A stretch of DNA of 64,000 nucleotides. Origin: Acidimicrobiia bacterium (GTDB taxonomy: Bacteria > Actinomycetota > Acidimicrobiia > Spongiisociales > ZC4RG35). The notes under the pieces are model-generated. The model was not told the origin of the DNA and searched no databases. It was given only the letters and a program-made list of their open reading frames with translations. Of this stretch, positions 18,867 through 28,764 are shown one piece after another. Every line of letters starts with the position of its first letter. Within the stretch, counting starts at the first letter, position 1. The translations under genes were made by a program, and so were the position numbers. The stretch spans positions 544,001 to 608,000 of the forward strand of contig OZ244034.1 in assembly GCA_965215185.1 (NCBI GenBank). The letters run 5' to 3'.

Positions 18867-19343
18867 ACGGTTTCCTCCGAGTTTTTAACAGGTGTTTTCA
18901 GGATAGCGGAATCAATAGTGTTCAACTCTTTCCGCGGTTCGCGGTTGGGCAGCCCAGGTCCGTGCATTCGCCGCATGGCGCCCCTCCCAGATCCAACGTG
19001 CCCTCTCTCGTGTAGCCCCATGTTCAGTAGCGGCGTACATTGAGTCTCATGCCACAGACTGGGTGGGGTGCGGCGCCAGCCAAGGTTTCGGTGGGCGGTC
19101 GGAAGGCTGAGAATGTGTCATGCCATCTAGAAAGAAGCAGCCCATTCAACCGATTCTGTGTGAAGAGTCGTCTAACTCTTTGAAGGAGAACAGCGTCACG
19201 ATGGCCCAGTGCCATCGTGAATCCACTTTAATCCCCGCGCAACTCTATTTGGGCGGACAGCCTAAATTCAGTGGTGTGAACAAACCTTGTTTGGTTGAAG
19301 CGAACGATGCTTGTGTTTCGGAGATTGCTAGTGTGGTGAAACC

Positions 19344-19916
19344 GTGATCGATATTTGGGTCCGCCCTCGTGTAAGAATGGTGCTAGATCCGATTGGCCGG
19401 TTTTTGCACCGTCGGCGGATCAGTCCTGCCGCCCTCACCTTTTTCGGTTTGGGGGTCACCATTGTGGGGGCAGTGGTGATTTCACTGGAATTCCTGATCA
19501 CGGGGTCGCTGATCGCTCTGGCGGGGTCGGCTCTCGACGGTCTGGACGGGACCTTGGCCCGGGCGGCGGACAAGGTGACCAAGAGGGGCGCCTTCTTGGA
19601 CGCTTCGGTGGATCGGCTGGGAGAGGTGGCATGCTTCTCCGGGCTGGCGGTGGCCCGCGCCGGAGAACCGCGGATGCTGATGTTGATCGTGCTTTCGGTG
19701 AGTGGCGCTCTGATGATCCCCTATTTGCGGGCCCGAGCAGAGGCGGAGGGACTCAAAGGTACCGGTGGCTTCATTGGTCGGGCGGAGAGGGTGATCCTCT
19801 TTGGCTTGGGATTGCTCACGGGTTGGGTCGAGCCGATGTTGTGGGCGATGACGGTCTTATGTTGGATATCGGCTCTTCATAGGTTCGCGGTTGCATATAG
19901 AGAACTGAAACGGTGA
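19344..19916 (+). CDS. pgsA: Phosphatidylinositol-phosphate synthase (CDP-alcohol phosphotransferase)
   Basis: DGLDGTLAR...GAFLDASVDR; first gene of the PIM cluster. Confidence 0.88.
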   Translation: MIDIWVRPRVRMVLDPIGRFLHRRRISPAALTFFGLGVTIVGAVVISLEFLITGSLIALAGSALDGLDGTLARAADKVTKRGAFLDASVDRLGEVACFSGLAVARAGEPRMLMLIVLSVSGALMIPYLRARAEAEGLKGTGGFIGRAERVILFGLGLLTGWVEPMLWAMTVLCWISALHRFAVAYRELKR

Positions 19917-20791
19917 AAGCCCGTCTTACCTACTGGGGTGTGAGAGCGGCGTCGGGTTTTATGCACATGTGGCCGTTGACGGTTGCGCAAAAGGTTGGCT
20001 CCGCTGCCGGGTTGTTGGCCTATCTTTTGCTTCCCGGTCGCCGGCGGATGGCAGGGCGCCATGTCCAACGCACCGGGCTGGACGTCACTGTGGGTAGCCG
20101 CGCCGGGGCGGTGAGGAGGGTGTTCGCCAGCTACGGGCGTTATTGGGGGGAGGTGCTGTGGGCGGGACCTACAAATGTGCGGAGAGTGGTTGACCGCTTT
20201 GACGTGGAGAGATTGGACTTGCTGGCCGACGTTATCGACGAGGGCCGAGGGGTGGTGGTGGTTTTGCCCCACCTAGGCAATTGGGAAATGGCCGGGGTGG
20301 CGGTGTGGGATCTGAATGTGGAGGTGGTGGCTGTCGCCGAGAATCTGCCCAACTCCTACATCAGAGACTGGTTCGCGAGGGTCAGAGGGTTATCGGGGAT
20401 AAAGGTGGTTTTCGCCCGCAAGGGTGTTATCAATGAGTTGGAGGAGATGTTGAAGACCCGGACCGCGGTCTGCCTCCCCGCCGACCGGGATCTAAGCGGC
20501 AGGGGCATCCCTGTTCGTTTTTTCGGTGAGGAGACCACTGTCCCTGCCGGCCCCCTGCTGCTGGGGATTCGCTCCGGCCGGCCGGTTGTTCCGGTGGCGG
20601 TCTACAGTGAGAAAAAGGGTCGTTACCGGGTTGTCCTAAAGCCGCCACTGCTGATTCCCCAGGAGGGGAGTCTTTCCAAAAGGCTTCGCTGCGGGGCGCA
20701 ATTGATGGCCGATGTCTTCGAGGAGTTGATTCGCGCAGCTCCCGAGCAGTGGCATCTTCTCCAGCCCAACTGGCCTTCCGATCGGGCTTGA
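19913..20791 (+). CDS. patA: Phosphatidylinositol mannoside acyltransferase
   Basis: PHLGNWE, ADRDL, FFGE, PEQWHLLQPNW. Confidence 0.88.
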   Translation: MKARLTYWGVRAASGFMHMWPLTVAQKVGSAAGLLAYLLLPGRRRMAGRHVQRTGLDVTVGSRAGAVRRVFASYGRYWGEVLWAGPTNVRRVVDRFDVERLDLLADVIDEGRGVVVVLPHLGNWEMAGVAVWDLNVEVVAVAENLPNSYIRDWFARVRGLSGIKVVFARKGVINELEEMLKTRTAVCLPADRDLSGRGIPVRFFGEETTVPAGPLLLGIRSGRPVVPVAVYSEKKGRYRVVLKPPLLIPQEGSLSKRLRCGAQLMADVFEELIRAAPEQWHLLQPNWPSDRA

Positions 20792-20801
20792 AACTGCTCA
20801 G

Positions 20802-21845
20802 ATGAGGGTCTGCCTGGTTTCCCCTTACGATATGACCGCGGAGGGGGGAGTTCAAGCGCAGGTGCGGGGACTGGCCTCGTGGTTGAGGGGGGAAGGTGAC
20901 GAGGTTCAGATGATCGCCCCGGCCTTGCCCATTGGCCATCCGGGTGCGGCGGTGGGAGGAGTGACACGCATACGGGCTAACCGGTCGGTGGCGCCTATCT
21001 CTTTGTCGCCGATGGTGGGTGCCCGCATAAGGGGGACCATCCGTTGGGCAGATGTCATACATGTCCATGAGCCATTGATGCCCAGGTTGGGAGTGGCGGC
21101 TTTGCGTTCGCCGGGTCCCAAGGTGGTCACCTTCCACGCTGATCCACCGGGTTGGGTCAGGACCATGTACCGTGGTTTGCGCCCCTGGGTGCGATCCTTG
21201 TCCGATTCCCGGACCATGGTCACCGCCGTGAGCAACCAGGCGGCAGAGGCTCTGCCGGCCGGATGGGAACCCGAACGGATAATCCCCAACGGGGTGGAGA
21301 TGAAGGTCTGGACCCAGGACGTGGAGCGCCGCAGGGGCAGGGTGGTTTTCCTGGGTCGGGATGAACCACGCAAGGGCCTGAGTGTGTTATTAAAGGCTTG
21401 GCCCCGTATCAGGGCGCGTTTTGCTCATGCGCAACTCGTGGTGATGGGCACCGAATGCTCGGATTCACTGCGGGAAATCACCTTTTTGGGCAGGGTTAGT
21501 GAGGAAGTGAAAGAACGAACTCTCAGATCGGCAGAGATCTACGTTGCGCCCCACCTGGGTGGGGAGAGCTTTGGCATAGTGCTAGTGGAAGCGATGACCG
21601 CAGGTTGCGCGGTGATCGCCTCCGACCTTCGGTCTTTTCGGGATGTGGCAGGTTCGGCGGCGAGGTTCTTTGAGAAGGGAAGTGTTGAGGGGCTGGTGGA
21701 TCAAATCTCGCTGGTGTTGGCTGACCCTTCGCTGTCAGAACGGCTGTCGGCGTCTGGAACCAGGAGGGCTGATAGGTTTTCTTGGGACAAGGTGGGACCG
21801 GCCTATCGGGAGTGCTATGAGCAGGTAATGCGACAGATCGGTTGA
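20802..21845 (+). CDS. pimA: GT4 glycosyltransferase, PimA-like mannosyltransferase
   Basis: SPY..GGVQ, HVHEP, GRDEPRKG, GESFGIVLVEAM; synteny with pgsA-patA. Confidence 0.88.
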   Translation: MRVCLVSPYDMTAEGGVQAQVRGLASWLRGEGDEVQMIAPALPIGHPGAAVGGVTRIRANRSVAPISLSPMVGARIRGTIRWADVIHVHEPLMPRLGVAALRSPGPKVVTFHADPPGWVRTMYRGLRPWVRSLSDSRTMVTAVSNQAAEALPAGWEPERIIPNGVEMKVWTQDVERRRGRVVFLGRDEPRKGLSVLLKAWPRIRARFAHAQLVVMGTECSDSLREITFLGRVSEEVKERTLRSAEIYVAPHLGGESFGIVLVEAMTAGCAVIASDLRSFRDVAGSAARFFEKGSVEGLVDQISLVLADPSLSERLSASGTRRADRFSWDKVGPAYRECYEQVMRQIG

Positions 21846-21913
21846 ATCTCGGGTTCGATTGAGCGGCTCTTTTTGTGGACGGGGCCGGGCGTTACGTTGG
21901 TACGATTAGGGCG

Positions 21914-22813
21914 ATGGAGCAGAGCAACGGTATGAAGACCGGCACCGAACTGGTCAAGCGGGGCCTCGCAGACATGCTCAAAGGCGGAGTGATCATGGAT
22001 GTGGTCACCGCCGATCAGGCACGCATTGCAGAGGAAGCCGGAGCTGTAGCGGTGATGGCCTTGGAGCGAGTCCCGTCCGATATCCGCAAGGATGGCGGGG
22101 TTGCTCGGATGGCTAACCCCGGCAAAGTGACCGAGATAATGAAGGCGGTGACCATTCCCGTAATGGCCAAGTGCCGGATCGGCCACTTTCTGGAAGCCAG
22201 AGTCCTGGAATCTCTGGGGGTGGACTACATCGATGAATCTGAGGTACTTACTCCCGCCGACGAGGAGTACCACGTTGACAAGTGGCCGTTCACTACCCCG
22301 TTCGTATGCGGGGCACGCGATTTGGGGGAGGGACTGCGACGACTTGCGGAGGGAGCGGCCATGATCCGCACTAAAGGTGAGGCCGGCACCGGCAATGTGG
22401 TGGAGGCGGTGCGTCACATTCGGGCCATCAACAGCCAGATCGAGGCTTTGAGAGACCTATCCGACGAGCAGATGGCTCAACAGGCTCAAGCAATGAGGGT
22501 CTCCACCGATCTGGTGAAGGAAGTGGCTGAGTTGGGGCATCTGCCGGTGGTCAACTTCGCGGCGGGCGGCATCGCCACCCCGGCCGACACGGCCCTGATG
22601 ATGGCGCTTGGTTGTGATGGAGTGTTCGTGGGCAGCGGCATCTTCAAGAGCTCCGACCCGGCCGCCTACGCCGCCGCCATTGTGGAGGCGACCACTTTTT
22701 GGGACCGTCCTGAGGTGGTGGCCGAGGCCTCGAGGGGCCTGGGAGCGCCCATGGCGGGCATCGAGATAGGAACACTGGAACCAGCGGAGCGTTTGGCCTC
22801 CCGGGGCTGGTGA
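21914..22813 (+). CDS. pdxS: PLP synthase lyase subunit
   Basis: [40 protein letters not shown]. Confidence 0.98.
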   Translation: MEQSNGMKTGTELVKRGLADMLKGGVIMDVVTADQARIAEEAGAVAVMALERVPSDIRKDGGVARMANPGKVTEIMKAVTIPVMAKCRIGHFLEARVLESLGVDYIDESEVLTPADEEYHVDKWPFTTPFVCGARDLGEGLRRLAEGAAMIRTKGEAGTGNVVEAVRHIRAINSQIEALRDLSDEQMAQQAQAMRVSTDLVKEVAELGHLPVVNFAAGGIATPADTALMMALGCDGVFVGSGIFKSSDPAAYAAAIVEATTFWDRPEVVAEASRGLGAPMAGIEIGTLEPAERLASRGW

Positions 22814-22815
22814 AC

Positions 22816-23388
22816 ATGCCGCCCACCATCGGGGTGTTGGCTCTCCAGGGCGACGTGCGGGAGCACCGGTGGTCTCTTGAAAGTCTTGGTGCCGCTTGCC
22901 GAGCAGTAAGACTCCCCGAAGATCTGGAGGGGCTGGACGGTTTGGTGATCCCCGGTGGTGAGTCCACCACTATGGGTCGTCTCGCTGAGCGGTTTGGAAT
23001 GCTGCGGCCCCTGCGCGCCGCCCTGGTCGAGGGTCTTCCCACTCTGGCCACCTGTGCAGGGATGATCCTGGTGGCGTCATCGATCGTTGAGGGAGCCCAG
23101 CCACTGCTGGGAGTGCTGGATGTGGTGGTGCGTCGCAACGCCTTTGGAAGGCAGAACGAGTCGTTCGAGATGGATTTGGATGTCAAGGGTCTGGACAGGC
23201 CATTCCACGGAGTGTTCATCCGGGCTCCGTGGGTGGAGAAAGTCGGTGGTGATGTCGAGGTCTTGGCCCAGGTGGGGAACCGGCCGGTCATGGTGCGCTC
23301 CGGCAATCTGATGGCCGCCTCCTTTCACCCGGAGTTGACTGAGGACTCCCGAATCCACCGTTTGTGGTTGGAGGGGGAAACAGAGTAG
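22816..23388 (+). CDS. pdxT: PLP synthase glutaminase subunit
   Basis: GVLALQG, PGGESTT, TCAG, FHPEL. Confidence 0.97.
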   Translation: MPPTIGVLALQGDVREHRWSLESLGAACRAVRLPEDLEGLDGLVIPGGESTTMGRLAERFGMLRPLRAALVEGLPTLATCAGMILVASSIVEGAQPLLGVLDVVVRRNAFGRQNESFEMDLDVKGLDRPFHGVFIRAPWVEKVGGDVEVLAQVGNRPVMVRSGNLMAASFHPELTEDSRIHRLWLEGETE

Positions 23389-23391
23389 ACC

Positions 23392-24132
23392 ATGGCGGGA
23401 CACTCCAAGTGGGCCAACATCAAGCACCGCAAAGGTCGTCGGGATGCCGTCCGTGGGCAGTTGTTCGCAAAACTGGCGCGGGCCATCGAATCCGAGGCGC
23501 GCAAAGGTGGGGGGGATCCCGAGGCCAACTATTCGCTGGCCGCGGCGGTGGCCAAGGCCAAGGCGGCTTCCATGCCCAACGACAACATCACGCGAGCCAT
23601 CAAACGAGGTACCGGCGAATCTGGCGGGGTGTCCTACGAGGAACTGTGGTACGAGGGATATGCGCCGGGGGGTGTGGCGGTGTACGTGCAGGTATTGACC
23701 GATAACCGCAGGCGGGCCGCTTCTGATGTAAGGACAGCTTTTACCCGCAACGGAGGGAGTCTGGGAGAGCCTGGATCGGTTGGCTATCTGTTCCAGCCCA
23801 AGGGCTTGATCACCGCCTCCGGCGACGAGGACGAGGTCCTGTTGACGGCGCTGGAAGCGGGCGCCGACGACATGCGGGAAGCGGGCGACTCTTGGGAGGT
23901 GATCACCTCACCCGAGGCCATGGCCGGGGTGCGGGACGCTTTGGAGGAGTCAGGTTTGGCGGTGGAGTCGGCCGAAGTGACGCAACTGCCCATGTCCGAA
24001 GTGGCAGTGGACCAGCGCACCGCCCCGCGGGTACTGCGGTTGGTGGATGCTCTGGAAGACTTGGATGATGTGCAGAGCGTTTTCTCCAACTTCGAGATCA
24101 ACGATGAGGTGATGGCGGCCTTGGCGGACTAG
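23392..24132 (+). CDS. yebC: YebC/PmpR family protein
   Basis: MAGHSKWANIKHRK, YEGYAPGG, TDN, LEDLDDVQ. Confidence 0.97.
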   Translation: MAGHSKWANIKHRKGRRDAVRGQLFAKLARAIESEARKGGGDPEANYSLAAAVAKAKAASMPNDNITRAIKRGTGESGGVSYEELWYEGYAPGGVAVYVQVLTDNRRRAASDVRTAFTRNGGSLGEPGSVGYLFQPKGLITASGDEDEVLLTALEAGADDMREAGDSWEVITSPEAMAGVRDALEESGLAVESAEVTQLPMSEVAVDQRTAPRVLRLVDALEDLDDVQSVFSNFEINDEVMAALAD

Positions 24133-24207
24133 CCATGGGGTGATGTGGAAGGGGCGGGGACCTGAAAGGCCAGGATGAGAGTTCTTCCTTCTTTACACTT
24201 TCTCTAG

Positions 24208-24690
24208 GTGTTGGTATTGGGAGTAGATCCTGGATTGGCCCGCACCGGTTATGCGGTGGTAAGCCGAGGCAGCCCCCATCGGGTGATTGTGATGGGAGTG
24301 ATTAACACACCGGTGAAGTGGCCGACCGAAAACCGTCTGCACGAACTGTCCAACGATATTTCGCAAGTGATCAGTCGGTTCCGGCCGGGCGCTCTGGCTT
24401 TGGAGAAGGTCTACATCAAGGGAAACCGCTCAGCCGCATCGGCGGTGGAGAGAGCCACCGGAGTGGTTATGCTGACCGCCGCCGAGGCTGGGATGCCGGT
24501 TCGCGAATACACCCCCAGCACCATCAAGAAGATCGTGACCGGAGACGGAGCGGCCACCAAGGAGGCTGTCAAGAGGTCGTTGCGAAAGACGCTCAGCCTA
24601 TCCGAGGAAGGTTTGCCGTATGATGCTTTCGATGCAGTGGCGGTGGCGATTTGCCATCTCCAGCACCTGCATCTGGAACTGGTGTTGTGA
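24208..24690 (+). CDS. ruvC: Holliday junction resolvase
   Basis: LGVDPG..TGY, EYTPSTIKK, DAFDAVAVA. Confidence 0.95.
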   Translation: MLVLGVDPGLARTGYAVVSRGSPHRVIVMGVINTPVKWPTENRLHELSNDISQVISRFRPGALALEKVYIKGNRSAASAVERATGVVMLTAAEAGMPVREYTPSTIKKIVTGDGAATKEAVKRSLRKTLSLSEEGLPYDAFDAVAVAICHLQHLHLELVL

Positions 24691-25256
24691 TAGGCTCTTT
24701 GAGGGGAACGCTCATAGAGAGGAGCCCGGAGGGGATCATCGTTGATGTGGGAGGTGTGGGATACGAGGTCATGATGGCGCCATCGGCGGTGGACAGTCTT
24801 CCTACGAACCGGGGGGAGATACTGATCAGCACCCATCTGCAGGTATGGAGTGAAGGCATGAGGCTCTACGGATTCGTCCATTCCGAGGAACGCGATCTGT
24901 TCCGGTTGCTGATCTCCGCCCAGGGGGTGGGGCCGAAAGTGGGCTTGGCGATTCTGTCCACTCTGGGGTCACAATCGGTACGAGAGGCGGTGCGTCAAGA
25001 GGACGTGAACACCCTTGTCAGGGTGAACGGGGTTGGGAAAAAGACCGCTCAAAGGTTGATTCTGGATATGAAAGGGAAGCTGGAAGCCTCGGAAGCCAAC
25101 GTGATAAAGGGCGCCGCTCGCTCCTCCGATCTGTGGGCGGCCCTGTCAGGTTTGGGCTATCGCAGCCACGAGATCCGCCAGGTAGCGGCTATGGTCGATC
25201 CCGGCGCCCCTATTGAGGAGCAAATACGTTCGGCGCTTCGGGAACTGGCGAAGTGA
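24687..25256 (+). CDS. ruvA: Holliday junction branch-migration protein RuvA
   Basis: GGVGYEV, LYGF, GVGPK, GVGKKTAQR. Confidence 0.96.
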   Translation: MIGSLRGTLIERSPEGIIVDVGGVGYEVMMAPSAVDSLPTNRGEILISTHLQVWSEGMRLYGFVHSEERDLFRLLISAQGVGPKVGLAILSTLGSQSVREAVRQEDVNTLVRVNGVGKKTAQRLILDMKGKLEASEANVIKGAARSSDLWAALSGLGYRSHEIRQVAAMVDPGAPIEEQIRSALRELAK

Positions 25257-26275
25257 GGGAGGAGCGGGTGGTGGCCCAGCAGCCGACCACGGATGAATCC
25301 GCACTGGAAACCTCGCTACGGCCCCGTTTTCTTGGGGAATTCATCGGACAACCACTCCTGCAGGAGAGGTTGCTGATTTCTATCGAGGCGGCCGCCAAGA
25401 TGGGGGTTCCCATGGGGCACGTGCTCTTCTCGGGACCTCCGGGGCTGGGCAAAACCTCGATGGCGAGCGTGATCGCCAATGAGTTGGGGGTGAGAATGCG
25501 AAGAACCTCCGGTCCTGCCCTGGACCGACCCGGAGACCTGGCTTCCATTCTCTCCGGCCTGGAAAAAGGGGAGGTCTTTTTTGTGGATGAGCTTCACCGA
25601 CTGTCTCGGATGGTGGAGGAAGTTCTCTATCCGGCGATGGAGGACTTCGAGTTGGACATCGTCGTGGGAAGGGGTGTGGGGGCAACCACCTATCGGCTAA
25701 ACCTGGAGCCCTTTACTTTGGTGGGCGCCACCACCCGTCTGGGTATGATCTCTTCCCCGCTGCGTGATCGATTCCAGATCATCGAGCGGTTCGACTATTA
25801 CACCACTGAAGAGCTGCGACGGATAGTGGTCCGCTCGGCAGGGATTCTGGGAGTGAAGATCAGCGGCGCCGGGGCGGAGACCATCGCCGCGCGCAGTCGA
25901 GGCACCGCCCGGGTGGGCAACCGGCTCTTGGCCCGGGTGCGGGACTATGCCATTGCCCGCGCCGATGGCTCGGTGACAGCTGAGGTGGCTCGCCAAGCGC
26001 TCTCCCTGTTGGAGGTGGACGAGTTGGGTCTGGACAAGGTGGATCGGGCCATCCTGGAATCGGTGGTGCACAAGTTCGGGGGTGGTCCGGTGGGTCTAGG
26101 CACTCTGGCTATTTCGGTTGGAGAGGAACCGGATACCGTGGAGGAGGCGTATGAGCCCTATCTACTTCAGGCGGGACTGTTGCAGAGAACTCCGCGGGGA
26201 AGGATGGCCACCGAAGGAACCTATCTGCATCTGGGGTTACCGCCTCCGTCCGACCCTCAGCTTCGATTGGTCTGA
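25253..26275 (+). CDS. ruvB: Holliday junction helicase RuvB
   Basis: GPPGLGKT, DELHRL, LYPAMEDF, GATTR, RTPRGR. Confidence 0.98.
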   Translation: MREERVVAQQPTTDESALETSLRPRFLGEFIGQPLLQERLLISIEAAAKMGVPMGHVLFSGPPGLGKTSMASVIANELGVRMRRTSGPALDRPGDLASILSGLEKGEVFFVDELHRLSRMVEEVLYPAMEDFELDIVVGRGVGATTYRLNLEPFTLVGATTRLGMISSPLRDRFQIIERFDYYTTEELRRIVVRSAGILGVKISGAGAETIAARSRGTARVGNRLLARVRDYAIARADGSVTAEVARQALSLLEVDELGLDKVDRAILESVVHKFGGGPVGLGTLAISVGEEPDTVEEAYEPYLLQAGLLQRTPRGRMATEGTYLHLGLPPPSDPQLRLV

Positions 26276-26289
26276 CTTTCTCACCGCCA

Positions 26290-27318
26290 ATGCGCACTGT
26301 CGAGTTGGACTACTTCCTTCCTCCCCAAGCGGTGGCGCAGACCCCAGTGGAGCCCCGCCACTCTTCGCGCCTGCTTGATACCCGCACTTTCGGTGACCGG
26401 ACCTTTTCGGATTTGCCTGACCTTTTGGAAGAGGGGGACCTGTTGGTGGTCAACCGGACCAGGGTGCGGGCCGCCCGGCTTCTGGGCCGGAAAGCCGGAA
26501 CGGGAGGGAAGGTGGAGGCGTTATTGGCCCGCCGTCTCTCCCCACACCGGTGGGAGGCGCTGGTGCGCCCGGCCCGTCGGCTTCGCGCCGGATTGATATT
26601 GGATTTTGGCCCGCTTCGGGGGCAGTTGTTAGCAGGCCCCGTCGACGGAGTGGCGGAATTGATGTTGAGCGGAGACGGGGATGTGGAGGAACTGGTGGAA
26701 GAGGCGGGAAAGGTGCCGCTTCCACCTTACATAACCCGTGATCTACCGGATCCGGAGCGGTATCAGACTGTTTTTGCCTCCCGGTTGGGATCGGCCGCCG
26801 CCCCGACTGCTGGTCTCCATTTCACTTCCCCATTGTTGGAGGCTCTCGCCCGAAGAGGTGTGGAGCGTGCCGAGATCGACCTGGAGGTGAGCTGGGCGAC
26901 CTTTCGTCCGATTGGTGTGGAGCGCCTTGAGGATCATCCCATGGGTTTGGAGCGCTTTCGGCTCTCGGAGGAGACGGCAGAGGCGGTGACCCGATGTCGG
27001 GCGAGGGGGGGACGGGTTGTGGCGGTGGGCACCACAGTAGTAAGGACCTTGGAGACCTGCGCCGTCCAGGACGGTCTGGTGACCGCCCGAGAGGGGGAGA
27101 CCGACTTGTACCTGACGCCGGGCTGCCGTTTGCAGGTGGTTGATTTGCTGATCACCAACTTCCATGCCCCCCGATCAAGCCTCTTGGCGCTGGTGTGGGC
27201 CTTCATGGGCGAAGAGTGGCGGGAGGCGTATCGCATCGCCTTGGAACGGGGATATCGCTTCCTCTCCTTCGGGGATGCCATGTTGGCCGAACGCCACTGC
27301 GGCAAGGCCCGATTGTGA
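26290..27318 (+). CDS. queA: SAM:tRNA ribosyltransferase-isomerase
   Basis: PLPPYI, AAPTAGLHF, AVGTTVVRTLE, TNFH, YRFLSFGDAM. Confidence 0.97.
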   Translation: MRTVELDYFLPPQAVAQTPVEPRHSSRLLDTRTFGDRTFSDLPDLLEEGDLLVVNRTRVRAARLLGRKAGTGGKVEALLARRLSPHRWEALVRPARRLRAGLILDFGPLRGQLLAGPVDGVAELMLSGDGDVEELVEEAGKVPLPPYITRDLPDPERYQTVFASRLGSAAAPTAGLHFTSPLLEALARRGVERAEIDLEVSWATFRPIGVERLEDHPMGLERFRLSEETAEAVTRCRARGGRVVAVGTTVVRTLETCAVQDGLVTAREGETDLYLTPGCRLQVVDLLITNFHAPRSSLLALVWAFMGEEWREAYRIALERGYRFLSFGDAMLAERHCGKARL

Positions 27319-28433
27319 ACGCGGTCTCCTGGACGCAACAGGCCACCGAGGGCGCCGCCCGGGCGGGCATGCTTCACACTCCCCATGGCGAGGTTCCTAC
27401 TCCGGTGTTCATGCCGGTGGGGACCCGTGCTTCGGTAAAGGGGTTGGACGCCGCTGATCTGGAGGAGATCGGCGTCCCGATCATGCTGGGCAACACCTAT
27501 CACCTGATGCTGCGGCCCGGCTCGGAACTGATCGAGGAGATGGGAGGGCTGCACGGGTTCATGTCCTGGCGGCGCCCGGTGCTGAGCGATTCAGGGGGCT
27601 ACCAGGTTTTCTCTCTCAATCCGCGCATCACCGAGGAGGGAGCGGTCTTTCGTTCCATATACGACGGTTCGAAGGTGAGCCTCACTCCCGAGGAGGCGGT
27701 TCTCCACCAGGAGCGGTTGGGCGCCGACATTGCCATGGTGCTCGACATCTGTCTGGGCCTGCCCTCGCCACTGCCTGAACTCGAGGAGGCGATGCACCGG
27801 ACTTTGCGCTGGTCGGAACGGGCCTTGGCGGCCCATCGCCGCGATGACCAGGCGCTGTTTGGAATAGTGCAGGGGGGAGTCTGTCCACAACTACGCCGCC
27901 AAAGCGCCCGGGCCACCGCCCAACTGGGGTTTCCAGGATTTGGTATCGGGGGATTGTCGGTGGGGGAGTCGGCTGCCGAACGCAACATAGCGCTGGAGGC
28001 CAGCGTGGGGGAGCTTCCGTCCGATCGTCCCCGCTATTTAATGGGCGTGGGGGATTCTTTGGGCATGCTTGACGCCATAGCCAGGGGAGTGGACATGTTC
28101 GACTGTGTTTGGCCCACCCGTCTGGCTCGACACGGGAAGGTGCTCGGTTGGAATGGCGATTACAACTTACGCTCCGCCGCTCACACGCGGGATGAGGCGC
28201 CCCTCGATCCGGACTGCGAATGCCTTGCGTGTAGCCGCTACTCACGGTCCTACCTGCGTCACCTGCTGCGGGTGGGGGAGACAACTTCCCAGCGCCTCAT
28301 CTCCATTCACAATCTCACCTATGCAACCGAGTTGATGGGATCGGCTCGACGGGCGATTCTGGCGGGGGAGTTTGCCGGGTTCCTTGACCGGTTCCATGGA
28401 GGGGAGTTTCCCAAGAAGAGCGCAATCCACTAG
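27315..28433 (+). CDS. tgt: tRNA-guanine transglycosylase (bacterial type)
   Basis: TPVFMPVGT, DSGGYQVFS, GGLSVGE, DMFDCV, CECLAC zinc site. Confidence 0.97.
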   Translation: MNAVSWTQQATEGAARAGMLHTPHGEVPTPVFMPVGTRASVKGLDAADLEEIGVPIMLGNTYHLMLRPGSELIEEMGGLHGFMSWRRPVLSDSGGYQVFSLNPRITEEGAVFRSIYDGSKVSLTPEEAVLHQERLGADIAMVLDICLGLPSPLPELEEAMHRTLRWSERALAAHRRDDQALFGIVQGGVCPQLRRQSARATAQLGFPGFGIGGLSVGESAAERNIALEASVGELPSDRPRYLMGVGDSLGMLDAIARGVDMFDCVWPTRLARHGKVLGWNGDYNLRSAAHTRDEAPLDPDCECLACSRYSRSYLRHLLRVGETTSQRLISIHNLTYATELMGSARRAILAGEFAGFLDRFHGGEFPKKSAIH

Positions 28434-28473
28434 TCTGATATCTTTCGGCGGACCAAGCAGGAGTTGTCTATAT

Positions 28474-28761
28474 ATGATTTTCGCTCAAGAGTCGGCGGGA
28501 AGCCCAGTCTTTACTTGGTTGGTTCTCGGCGGGTTTCTTTTGTTCTTCTATTTCCTACTCATCAGGCCGCAGCGAAAGCGCGCTCGCCAGCAGCAGGATC
28601 TGGTGGCGCATCTGATGTTGGGGGACCAGATCCAGACCATCGGGGGTATCATGGGACAGGTCCGCAGTGTGGAGGATGACGCGGTGATAATCGAGTTGGA
28701 ATACGGGTCGATGCGAATTGCCAAAAAGGCCATAGCTTCCAAACGAGCCTCGGAAGGCTGA
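28474..28761 (+). CDS. yajC: Preprotein translocase subunit YajC
   Basis: FYFLLIRPQRKR, GDQIQTIGGI. Confidence 0.95.
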   Translation: MIFAQESAGSPVFTWLVLGGFLLFFYFLLIRPQRKRARQQQDLVAHLMLGDQIQTIGGIMGQVRSVEDDAVIIELEYGSMRIAKKAIASKRASEG

Positions 28762-28764
28762 TCT

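Noticed and set aside
19114-19145. SRP RNA-like GAAGCAGC motif
   Set aside because: The paired CAGG side and GGAA tetraloop of helix 8 are absent
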